A DNA stretch of 53,393 bases from Candidatus Geohabitans tengchongensis. Its GTDB lineage: Bacteria; Sysuimicrobiota; Sysuimicrobiia; Sysuimicrobiales; Humicultoraceae. Below the pieces are notes generated by a model that saw only the letters and a program-made list of their open reading frames with translations, did no database searches and had not been told where the DNA came from. Position 1 is the stretch's first letter; every line of letters starts with the position of its first letter. The translations under genes were made by a program, and so were the position numbers. Where the stretch lies: NCBI GenBank assembly GCA_031459625.1, contig JAVKIH010000013.1:23009-76401 (forward strand), written 5' to 3'. Shown one piece after another: positions 17,328-25,755 of the stretch.

Positions 17328-19062
17328 GACGGCCCTCGACCCCATCACCCTGGAGGTGATCTGGAGCCGGCTGCTCGCCGTGGTCACCGAGCAGCAGGAC
17401 GCCCTCATGCGCACCGCCTTCTCCACCGTGGTGCGCGAGAGCCAGGACCTGGCCTGCGGCCTCTTCGACCCGCAGGGCCGGATGATCGCGCAGTCGGTGA
17501 GCGGTACCCCCGGCCACATCAACGCCATGGCCACCTCCATGCGCCACTTCCTGCGCGCCTACCCGCCCGAGCGGCTCGCCCCGGGCGACGTGCTGCTGAC
17601 CAACGACCCCTGGATGACGGCGGGGCAGGTGAACGACATCACGGTGGCCACGCCGGTCTTCCGGGGCGGGCGCCTGGTGGCCCTCTTCGCCAACACCTGC
17701 CACGCTCCGGACATCGGCGGCCGGCTCCTCTCAGCGGAGGCCCGCGAGGTCTACGAGGAAGGGCTGCTCCTCCCCATCCTCAAGCTCTTCGACCGGGGCG
17801 AACCCAACCAGGTCCTCCTCGCCGTCATCCGCGCCAACGTGCGCCTGCCCGACGAGGTGGTGGGTGACCTCTACGCCCAGGCCGCCTGCAACGAGGCGGG
17901 CGCGCGGGCGCTGCTGGAGACGATGGAGGAGTTCGGCCTGGCCACGCTCGACGACGTGGCCGAGGAGATCGTCCGCCGCAGTGAGGCGGCGGTGCGCCAG
18001 CGCATCCGGGCCCTGCCGGACGGGGAGTGGACGAGCGAGACGTGGAGCGACGGCTTCGACGAGCCGATCCTGATCCGCTGTCGGGTGCGCGTGGCCGGGG
18101 ACGAGCTGTGGATCGACTTCACCGGCTCCTCGCCCCAGAGCCCCCGCGGCATCAACGTCGTGCTCAACTACACCCACGCCTACGCCTCCTTCGCCGTGAA
18201 GGCCGCCATCTACCCGGACATCCCGCACAATGAGGGCGGCTTCCGCCCGGTCCACGTCAGCGCGCCGCCGGGGTGCATCCTCCACGCCCTCCCGCCGGCC
18301 CCGGTGGCCAGCCGCCACGCCCTCGGCCACTTCATCCCCACGGCCATCTACGCCGCCCTGGCGGGCGCGCTGCCCGACCGGGTGATCGCGCCGGGCGCGG
18401 ACCCGATCTGGCTGACGGTCTGGCGCGGCAGCGACCCCCCCTTCACCTTCACGATGTTCCAGGTGGGAGGCACCGGCGCGCGGCCCTCGCAGGACGGGCT
18501 CAACACGGTGGGCTTCCCGAGCGGCGTCGCCGGCGTGCCGGCCGAGGTGGTGGAGGCCCTCTCGCCCCTCATCCTGTGGAAGCGGGAGCTGCGTCCCGAC
18601 TCCGGTGGCCCGGGCCGGTGGCGCGGCGGGCTCGGCCAGCGCACCACCTTCGGCTGCCGGGGGCGGGGCGCCTGGAGCGTCTCGGGGATCGTGGACCGCA
18701 CTCGCTTCCCCGCCCCCGGGCTGCTCGGCGGCGGACCGGGGGCGCCCGGGGAGGTCGTGCTCGACTCGGGCGAGCGGCCGAACCCCAAGGCCCGCATCGA
18801 CCTGCGCCCGGGCCAGCTCATCCACCTCCACCTGCCGGGCGGCGGCGGGTACGGCGACCCCTACACGCGCGATCCGGAGCGGGTGCGGCAGGACGTGGCG
18901 GCCGGCTACGTGACGCCGGAGGCGGCGGCGCGCGACTACGGGGTGGTGGTGCGCTTCACCGGCGACCCCGATGCGCTGGTGCGGCTGCCGGAGGAGTGGG
19001 TGGTGGACGAGGCGGCCACGCGCGAGTTGCGGGAGAGGCGCAAGACCGAGCGAGCACGCTGA
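17320..19062 (+). CDS. hydantoinase B / oxoprolinase family protein
   Basis: DPITLEVI, RTAFS..VRES.D, NDPW, H.PDIGG, DSGGPGRWRGG, PGGGGYGDP. Confidence 0.95.
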   Translation: MRETALDPITLEVIWSRLLAVVTEQQDALMRTAFSTVVRESQDLACGLFDPQGRMIAQSVSGTPGHINAMATSMRHFLRAYPPERLAPGDVLLTNDPWMTAGQVNDITVATPVFRGGRLVALFANTCHAPDIGGRLLSAEAREVYEEGLLLPILKLFDRGEPNQVLLAVIRANVRLPDEVVGDLYAQAACNEAGARALLETMEEFGLATLDDVAEEIVRRSEAAVRQRIRALPDGEWTSETWSDGFDEPILIRCRVRVAGDELWIDFTGSSPQSPRGINVVLNYTHAYASFAVKAAIYPDIPHNEGGFRPVHVSAPPGCILHALPPAPVASRHALGHFIPTAIYAALAGALPDRVIAPGADPIWLTVWRGSDPPFTFTMFQVGGTGARPSQDGLNTVGFPSGVAGVPAEVVEALSPLILWKRELRPDSGGPGRWRGGLGQRTTFGCRGRGAWSVSGIVDRTRFPAPGLLGGGPGAPGEVVLDSGERPNPKARIDLRPGQLIHLHLPGGGGYGDPYTRDPERVRQDVAAGYVTPEAAARDYGVVVRFTGDPDALVRLPEEWVVDEAATRELRERRKTERAR

Positions 19063-19100
19063 CAGGGCACATGGCCCGAGCGGGTGGGCCCGCTGCTTGC

Positions 19101-19161
19101 CCGTCACAACGAAGATATGTCGTTGTCACGGATCGATGAGCACGACGATATGTCGATGTCA
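19101..19161. promoter_or_regulatory. tandem palindromic operator-like sites
   Basis: ACAACGA-N7-TCGTTGT at 19106-19126; GATATGTCG(T/A)TGTCA repeated at 19114 and 19147. Confidence 0.55.
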
Positions 19162-19220
19162 ACCGCGGCCGGGGCACAGGGCGTGTCCCCCCGGTCCGGC
19201 CCCAGCGTGGAGGTGACGAT

Positions 19221-20240
19221 GTGACGCACGACGGGCAGCGCGTCGGGTTCGCGTTGGGCTACGGGCGGTTCACCAACGTGCGGGAGATGGCGGCCCTGAT
19301 GCACCGGGCGGAGGCGCGCGGCTTCGAGATGGGCTTCTTCTCCGAGACGATCGAGCTGATGCGCGACTCCGTGACGGCGCTGGCCGCCATCGGCCTGGCC
19401 ACGGAGCGCCTGATTCTGGGGACCACCCAGATCGTCCGCCTGCGCAGCCCGGTGGTGATGGCCCAGACCGCGGCCAGCCTGGACGAGCTGACCGGCGGAC
19501 GCCTGACGCTGGCGCCCGGCGCCTGCACCGCCAGCCACGCCCGGCGCCACGGCCTGCCCCCGGCCGACCCGGCGGAGACGCTACGTGAGTGGGTGGAGGC
19601 GATCCGGCTGATCCTCACCGGCGACCGGATCAGCTACCACGGCCACCACGTCCACCTCGACGACGTGGGGCTGGGGTGGACGCCGGTGCGGCGCGCCATC
19701 CCCCTCTACATCCCGGCCACCAGCCGCACCGGCCTGCGGCTGGCCGGGGAGATCGGGGACGGGGTCGTGCTCAACGCGGTCTGCTCGCCGGAGTACACGG
19801 CGAACGCGCTGCGCATCGTCCGCGAGGCGGCGGAGCGGGCGGGGAAGGACTGGTCGCGCTTCGAGGTGGCGCAGATCATCAACTGCTCGGTGGAGGACGA
19901 CCACCAGGCGGCGCTCGACACGGTGCGCTGGGAGGTGGCCACGAAGTTCGACCCGGTGCAGATCCCCTTCATCGCCGGCCCGAAGATGCGCGTGGGGGAG
20001 CCCTACATCCGCCAGGAGGACCTGCCCCGGTTCGCGGAGGCCTACGCGCGCGGCGGGATGGAGGCCCTGATCCGCGCGGTGCCGGACAGCTACGTGGAGG
20101 GCATGACGGCCAGCGGCACGCCCGAGGAGGTGCGCCGCCGCGTCCAGGCCTACCGCGACGCGGGCGTGCGCCTGCCCCTGCTGCGGCCGGCGGCCGCCCA
20201 CCAGACCGACCGCCTGATCGACCTCTTCGCCCGCGCCTGA
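19221..20240 (+). CDS. LLM class (luciferase-like) flavin- or F420-dependent oxidoreductase
   Basis: AEARGFE, ATERLILGT, RSPVVMAQTAASLDELTGGRLTL, LRLAGEIGDGV, GTPEEV. Confidence 0.9.
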   Translation: MTHDGQRVGFALGYGRFTNVREMAALMHRAEARGFEMGFFSETIELMRDSVTALAAIGLATERLILGTTQIVRLRSPVVMAQTAASLDELTGGRLTLAPGACTASHARRHGLPPADPAETLREWVEAIRLILTGDRISYHGHHVHLDDVGLGWTPVRRAIPLYIPATSRTGLRLAGEIGDGVVLNAVCSPEYTANALRIVREAAERAGKDWSRFEVAQIINCSVEDDHQAALDTVRWEVATKFDPVQIPFIAGPKMRVGEPYIRQEDLPRFAEAYARGGMEALIRAVPDSYVEGMTASGTPEEVRRRVQAYRDAGVRLPLLRPAAAHQTDRLIDLFARA

Positions 20241-20384
20241 GGCTGGATGCCCCAGGGGCGGGGAGCCCACACCGCCGCGGTGCCGACCCGGGGGGGCCGT
20301 CGGGCCTGGGCCACCGGGCTCCCGGGCAGGCAGTGGAGGGGCGGCCGGGCGCCGAAGTAGTGGGGGAGCGAGGAGGGAGCACCT

Positions 20385-21683
20385 ATGGCTGTGACGGCTG
20401 CACCGCTGTCGGCGGGGCTGCGGCAACGGTTGAGCGCCATCCGTCCCGAGGAGGGCGTCATCCCTGCGTTCATCTTCAGCGACCCGGAGGTCTACCGGGC
20501 GGAGATGGACACGATCTTCGCCCGCTGCTGGCTCTTCGTGGCCCACGAGTCGGAAGTGCCCTCGCCGGGGGATTACGTCACCCGCGCCATGGGCGAGCAC
20601 CCGGTCATCGTGGCGCGCGGGGAAGACGGGCGGATCCGCGTGATGCTGAACGTGTGCCGCCACCGGGGCATGCGCATCTGCCGCGCCGACCTGGGGAACG
20701 CCTCCCACTTCCGCTGCCCCTACCACGGCTTCACCTACACTAACACCGGCGACCTCATCGGCATCCCCTACCAGCGGGAGATCTACGGCGAGGCCATCGA
20801 CCGCAGCCGCTTCGGGCTGATCCAGGCGCGCACCGACAGCTATGCCGGCCTCGTCTTCGCCACGTGGGACGCGGACGCCCCGCCGCTGCGCGAGTACCTG
20901 GGGCCGATGACCTGGTACCTCGACCTGCTGGCCGGGCGGGCCGCCATGGAGGTGGTGGGCCCGCCCCACCGCCACGAGATGGCCGCCAACTGGAAGCTGC
21001 CGGCGGAGAACTTCGCCTCCGACGCCTACCACACGCTGCACACGCACGCCTCTACCGCCGAGATCGGGCTCACGCCCTCGCCCCGCTGGGCCAAGGACGG
21101 CTACCACGTGCAGGCCGGGAACGGCCACGGCGTGATGGTGGGGACGCCTGCCCCCCGCTTCATCTTCGCGGAGGCGCTGCTGCCGACGTTCGAGCGCCAC
21201 CTCCGCCCCGAGCAGCTGGCCCTGCTGCGCACCCTGGCCAACATGCCGGGCACCGTCTTCCCCAACTTCTCCTTCCTCATCTCCGCGGTGACCTTCAAGG
21301 GGCGGTTCGTCTCGCACACGGGGCTGTACCAGTGGCAGCCGCTCGGTCCGGAGCGGATCGAGGTCTTCTCCTGGTTCCTGGTGGAGCGCGACGCCCCGCC
21401 CGAGTGGAAGGCGCTGTCGCGCGAGGCCTTCATCTTCACCTTCGGCCCGTCCGGCGTCTTCTCCCAGGACGACAGCGAGAACTGGACCAACATCACGCGC
21501 AACAGCCGCGGCCCGCTGGCCCGCCACCTCTCCTTCCTCTACGAGATGGGCAAGGGGGCGCGACCCACCCGCGCCTTCCCCGGGCCCGGGGAGGTGTACG
21601 AGGGGAAGTACAGCGAGGTGAACGCGCGGGCCTTCTACCGGCGCTGGCTCGACCTGGTGCAGGGGGACGGCCCGTGGACGTGA
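20385..21683 (+). CDS. Rieske aromatic ring-hydroxylating dioxygenase alpha subunit
   Basis: CRHRG...CPYHG Rieske ligands; NWK..AENFASDAYHTLHTH and QDD mononuclear-iron motifs. Confidence 0.96.
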   Translation: MAVTAAPLSAGLRQRLSAIRPEEGVIPAFIFSDPEVYRAEMDTIFARCWLFVAHESEVPSPGDYVTRAMGEHPVIVARGEDGRIRVMLNVCRHRGMRICRADLGNASHFRCPYHGFTYTNTGDLIGIPYQREIYGEAIDRSRFGLIQARTDSYAGLVFATWDADAPPLREYLGPMTWYLDLLAGRAAMEVVGPPHRHEMAANWKLPAENFASDAYHTLHTHASTAEIGLTPSPRWAKDGYHVQAGNGHGVMVGTPAPRFIFAEALLPTFERHLRPEQLALLRTLANMPGTVFPNFSFLISAVTFKGRFVSHTGLYQWQPLGPERIEVFSWFLVERDAPPEWKALSREAFIFTFGPSGVFSQDDSENWTNITRNSRGPLARHLSFLYEMGKGARPTRAFPGPGEVYEGKYSEVNARAFYRRWLDLVQGDGPWT

Positions 21684-22180
21684 CCCCGGAGGTGCGCCAG
21701 GAGCTCACGGAGTGGCTCTACCACGAGGCGGAGCTGCTGGACGGGCGCCGCTTCGAGGAGTGGCTGGCGCTGCTGGCCGACGACCTGACCTATGAGATGC
21801 CGGTGCGCCTGACCCGCGAGGCGGGCGGGGGCGAGGAGCTGGCGCGGGAGATGGCGTTCTTCCGGGACGACCGGGAGACGCTGCGGCTGCGTGTGGCCCG
21901 GCTGCGCACCGAGTTCGCCTGGGCGGAGGACCCGCCGTCGCGCACGCGCCACTTCGTGGCCAACGTCCGGGTGCGGCCCACCGACCGGCCGGACGAGGTA
22001 GAGGTGAGGAGCTACCTGCTCGTCTACCGCAGCCGCGGCGACGCGCCGCAGGCCGAGCTGCTCTCGGGGGAGCGGCGCGACCGCTTCCGACGGGAGGGGG
22101 AGACGTGGAAGCTCTGCCGGCGCGAGTTCGTGCCGGACCAGGCCACCCTGGGCCTGCGGAACCTGGCGCTCTTCGTCTGA
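21674..22180 (+). CDS. ring-hydroxylating dioxygenase beta subunit
   Basis: LYHEAELLD..FEEWL, AWAEDPPSRTRH..NV, SGERRD, NLALF. Confidence 0.94.
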   Translation: MDVTPEVRQELTEWLYHEAELLDGRRFEEWLALLADDLTYEMPVRLTREAGGGEELAREMAFFRDDRETLRLRVARLRTEFAWAEDPPSRTRHFVANVRVRPTDRPDEVEVRSYLLVYRSRGDAPQAELLSGERRDRFRREGETWKLCRREFVPDQATLGLRNLALFV

Positions 22181-22232
22181 TGGAGGGCAGGCACCACGGG
22201 TTGCCGTCGGACGGGAAGGACGGGAGGAGGCC

Positions 22233-22496
22233 ATGGACGACCATGAGCCGGCGCGTGCGCCGGCGATGGAGCGTGAGCCGGTGATCGAGGTGACCAACGA
22301 GTTCGCGCACGTCGAGGTGCGGCGGGTGTGGACGCGCAACGGGATGCGCCTGGAGATCAGCTCGCCGCGGCTGGGCCACTGCGTCCGGCTGGACGCGCTG
22401 GCGCTGGAGAGCCTCACCTGGCAGCCCATGGAGACCTTCAGCCGCTTCCTGGAGGAGCCGTTCGGCCCGGCGCGGCCGGACGGCCGGCACGGCTGA
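22233..22496 (+). CDS. small conserved protein associated with dioxygenase operons
   Basis: NEFAHVEV..TRNGMRLEISSPR.G..RLD..LESLTWQ; GGAGGAGG SD; resembles the small ORF after phthalate-dioxygenase beta genes in Actinobacteria. Confidence 0.8.
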   Translation: MDDHEPARAPAMEREPVIEVTNEFAHVEVRRVWTRNGMRLEISSPRLGHCVRLDALALESLTWQPMETFSRFLEEPFGPARPDGRHG

Positions 22497-22512
22497 GGGG
22501 CCCCAGCACGCG

Positions 22513-23307
22513 GTGACCGGCGCAGCCCCACATCGGCCGGGCCGTCTCGCCGGGAAAGTCGCCCTCATCACCGGCGCGGGCAGGGGGATCGGCCGGGCGG
22601 CGGCAGAGCTCTTCGCCGCCGAAGGCGCCCGGGTGGTCGTGGCCGACCTGGAGGCCGCGGCCGCCCGCGAGGTGGCGGCGGCCATCGCCGACGCCGGCGG
22701 GGAGGCTCTGGCCGTGGGGGCGGACGTGGCCAGTCCCGAGGACAACGCGCGCATGGTGGCGGCGGCGGTGGAGCGGTGGGGCGCGCTGCACGTCTTCTAC
22801 GCCAACGCCGCCATCGTGGACCGCACGCCGGAAGGGGACGTCGGCCTCGAGCGCATCGCCCTGGAGCGCTGGCACCGCATTCTGGCGGTCAACCTCACCG
22901 GCACCTTCCTGGGGTGCCGCGCGGCCATCCCCGAGATCGTCCGCGCGGGCGGCGGTTCGGTGATCCTCACCGGGTCGGTGGGCGCGCTCGTCGCCCACCG
23001 GGCCCACAACCACGCCTACGTCACCTCCAAAACCGGCGTGCTGGGTCTGGCCCGCAACCTGGCCGTGGAGTACGCGCCCAAGGGCGTACGCGTGAACTGC
23101 CTCTGCCCCGGCCAGGTCCGGACGGCCATGATGGCCGACTTCTACGACGACCCCGCACGCCGCCAGCGCTTCATCGACCTGACGCCGATGGCGCGCTTCG
23201 GGGAGGCGGTGGAGGTGGCTCGCGTGGCGCTCTTCCTGGCCTCTGACGAGTCCTCGTTCATGACCGGTGCCGCGGTGGTGGTCGACGGGGGCTGGACGGC
23301 GGTCTGA
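22513..23307 (+). CDS. SDR family oxidoreductase (candidate cis-dihydrodiol dehydrogenase)
   Basis: TGAGRGIG, YVTSK, VRVNCLCPG, VDGG. Confidence 0.92.
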   Translation: MTGAAPHRPGRLAGKVALITGAGRGIGRAAAELFAAEGARVVVADLEAAAAREVAAAIADAGGEALAVGADVASPEDNARMVAAAVERWGALHVFYANAAIVDRTPEGDVGLERIALERWHRILAVNLTGTFLGCRAAIPEIVRAGGGSVILTGSVGALVAHRAHNHAYVTSKTGVLGLARNLAVEYAPKGVRVNCLCPGQVRTAMMADFYDDPARRQRFIDLTPMARFGEAVEVARVALFLASDESSFMTGAAVVVDGGWTAV

Positions 23308-23399
23308 GCCGTGACCGGCCCGGCCGGTCTCCCGTCGGATCCGCCCGACCGCGTCCCCCCGGGCGCGCCGGCGCAGGAGAGGGGCGCGGGGCGGCCAAT

Positions 23400-23411
23400 A
23401 CTGTATACAGT
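23400..23411. promoter_or_regulatory. putative GntR-type operator 3
   Basis: Perfect palindrome ACTGTATACAGT upstream of the GntR gene. Confidence 0.65.
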
Positions 23412-23468
23412 TCGCGGGCTGCGCCACCCGGAGGCGTTCCGGCGCAGACCTCTCACGCCGTCGGGATC

Positions 23469-24209
23469 GTGCCGCTGCGCGACCTCCGCCGCCTCACCCG
23501 TCCCCGGACAGGAGCGGGGGGGACCACGCCCCCCGTCCTGGCCGCCGTCCTGCGCGAGGCCATCGTCACCGGCGTCCTGCAGGCCGGCGAGGAACTGAAC
23601 CAGGTCCTCCTGGCCCGCCAGTTCGGCGTGAGCCGCGTGCCGGTGCGCGAGGCCATCCGCCTGCTCGAGGCGGAAGGCCTGGTGGTCTCGCCGCCGCACC
23701 GGCGCAGCGTCGTGAGCGCACTCACCCCGGAGGTGCTGGGGGAGATCTACGAAGTGCGGGTGCGCCTGGAGGGGCTGCTGCTCGGTGCGGCGGTGCCGCG
23801 CCTCGGACCGGAGGACCTGGCCGAGGCGGACGCGCTGGTGGCGGCGATGAGCCGCCTCCGCGACCACCGGGAGTGGCTCCGTCTCAACGACCGCTTCCAC
23901 GACGCCCTCTATCGGGCGGCGGGCAAGCCTTTCGTCAGCGCACTCGTCCGCCAGCTCCGCCAGCAGGTCCAGCGGTACGTGTGGTTGAGCGGCCGGGCGC
24001 TCTACCGGGCGGCGGAGGCCAATGCCGAGCACCGGCGCATTCTGGAAGCCTGTCGCGCCGGGGACGTGCCCCGCGCGCGCCGGGAGCTGCGCCGCCACCT
24101 GCTGGCCACCTACCGGGGGTTGCGCCAGGCGCTCCGGTCGACCCCATCGGGACGGCGCCGGGCGATCTCTCCCGACCGGCTGGGGACGGTCCCACCGGAC
24201 CGGCCATGA
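23469..24209 (+). CDS. GntR family transcriptional regulator (FCD domain)
   Basis: FGVSRVPVREAIRLLEAEGLV; NDRFH, EHRRILEA. Confidence 0.93.
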   Translation: MPLRDLRRLTRPRTGAGGTTPPVLAAVLREAIVTGVLQAGEELNQVLLARQFGVSRVPVREAIRLLEAEGLVVSPPHRRSVVSALTPEVLGEIYEVRVRLEGLLLGAAVPRLGPEDLAEADALVAAMSRLRDHREWLRLNDRFHDALYRAAGKPFVSALVRQLRQQVQRYVWLSGRALYRAAEANAEHRRILEACRAGDVPRARRELRRHLLATYRGLRQALRSTPSGRRRAISPDRLGTVPPDRP

Positions 24210-25081
24210 GGGCCCTGCTGGTGACCCACCTCGCCCACGTGGCCCTCACGGTGCCACACCCCGAGGACGCGGCCCGGTGGTACGCCGAAGTGCTGGGGCT
24301 CGCCATCACCGGTCGACTCCCCGACGGCGGGGTGCGCCTGGCCACAGCCCCGCCCCACGCCGCGGTGGTGGCCCACACTGAGGTGCTCTTGCTTCCCGGC
24401 GCACCTGGTGTCCACCACATCGGTTTCGGTATACCGAATACAGAATCCCTTGCCGCAGCCGCCGCTGCCCTGCGGCGGCAGGACGTGGAGGTCCATGAGG
24501 CGACGGATGGGCCGTGCGGGGTCGGGTGGTGGGTACGCGACCCGGACGGCCACCGGGTGGAGGTGACGGTTCCCCCATCCCCCGTCCCGCGCCCCGGGGG
24601 AGCCGGTGGCCCGGCGACGCTGGTGAAGCTCGGTCACATCACGCAGCGCAGCCCCGACCCTGTGGTGCAGGCGGCGTGGTGGCAGCGCGTTCTGGGGTTC
24701 CGCCTCTCCGACCGCATGGGGGAGACGTTTGCCTGGCTGCGATGCAACCGCGACCACCACACCATCGCGTTCATCCGCGCCCCCCAGCCCGGGACGCACC
24801 ACATCGCCTTCGAGGCCGGGGGGTGGGACGACCTACGCCGCCTCGGTGACCACCTGGCCGCCTGCGGGTGGCGCTTCGAGTTCGGACCAGGGCGGCACGG
24901 CCCCGGGAACAACCTCTTCGCCTACCTCCTCGACCCCTGGGGGCTGCGCTGGGAAGTCTTCTGTGACCTGGTGCGGATCGACGACGAGGAGACCTACACG
25001 CCCGGAGAGTGGGACCCCGGGGCGAGGCTGACCACGGTGAACCGGTGGGGCCCGCAGCCGCCGGAGTCCTTCCTGCGCTAG
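24206..25081 (+). CDS. VOC-family extradiol dioxygenase
   Basis: LAHVAL, LGHIT, DHHTIA, HHIAF, GPGRHGPGNNLFAYLLDPWGLRWE. Confidence 0.88.
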   Translation: MRALLVTHLAHVALTVPHPEDAARWYAEVLGLAITGRLPDGGVRLATAPPHAAVVAHTEVLLLPGAPGVHHIGFGIPNTESLAAAAAALRRQDVEVHEATDGPCGVGWWVRDPDGHRVEVTVPPSPVPRPGGAGGPATLVKLGHITQRSPDPVVQAAWWQRVLGFRLSDRMGETFAWLRCNRDHHTIAFIRAPQPGTHHIAFEAGGWDDLRRLGDHLAACGWRFEFGPGRHGPGNNLFAYLLDPWGLRWEVFCDLVRIDDEETYTPGEWDPGARLTTVNRWGPQPPESFLR

Positions 25082-25083
25082 CC

Positions 25084-25755
25084 ATGCCGCGCGGCGTCCT
25101 CTTCTCGCAGATGGAACCGGCGCCTGAGTGGGAGGTGGCCTTCAACGCCTGGTACGACGAAGAGCACGTGCCCTCGCGCCTGGCGCTCCCCGGGTTCGTG
25201 GCCGCCGCGCGCTATGTCGCCGTCCGGGCCACGCCGAAGTACGCCGTCACCTACCTCCTGGACGACCTCGGCGCCCTGGCCACCCCGGCCTACCGGGCGC
25301 TGAAGCGCGAGCCCGCCCCGCGCACCGCGCAGATGCTGGCCGCCGTGCGCGGCTTCACCCGCTACGTCGGCGAGGAGGTGGCCCGTCTCCACCGGGACAC
25401 CGGTGAGGACGCGGGCGTGCTCGACGCACCCTACCTCTATGCGGTCTTCTTGGCGGTGCCCGAAGCGCGGGAAGCGGAGTTCGAGCGCTGGTACGACCAG
25501 GAGCACGGCCCCCTGCTCCTGCGCCACCCCGCCTGGCGGGCGTTGCGGCGCTACCGTCTGCGCGAGGCGGCGGGCGGGGCGTGGACCCACCTGACCCTCC
25601 ACTTCCTGGACGACCTGGCGGCCCTGGAGTCGCCCGAGCGGGCGGCAGCGCGCGCCACCCCCTGGCGGGAGCGGCTGGCCGCAGAACCCTGGTTCGCGCC
25701 GGATGCCGCCGTCTACGCCCGCCTGCCGCGGCGGTGGGGCGGAGGAGCGCGGTGA
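25084..25755 (+). CDS. tandem EthD/DUF4286-like dimeric alpha-beta barrel protein
   Basis: Two copies of F..WYD.EH.P..L..P...A.RY. Confidence 0.75.
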   Translation: MPRGVLFSQMEPAPEWEVAFNAWYDEEHVPSRLALPGFVAAARYVAVRATPKYAVTYLLDDLGALATPAYRALKREPAPRTAQMLAAVRGFTRYVGEEVARLHRDTGEDAGVLDAPYLYAVFLAVPEAREAEFERWYDQEHGPLLLRHPAWRALRRYRLREAAGGAWTHLTLHFLDDLAALESPERAAARATPWRERLAAEPWFAPDAAVYARLPRRWGGGAR

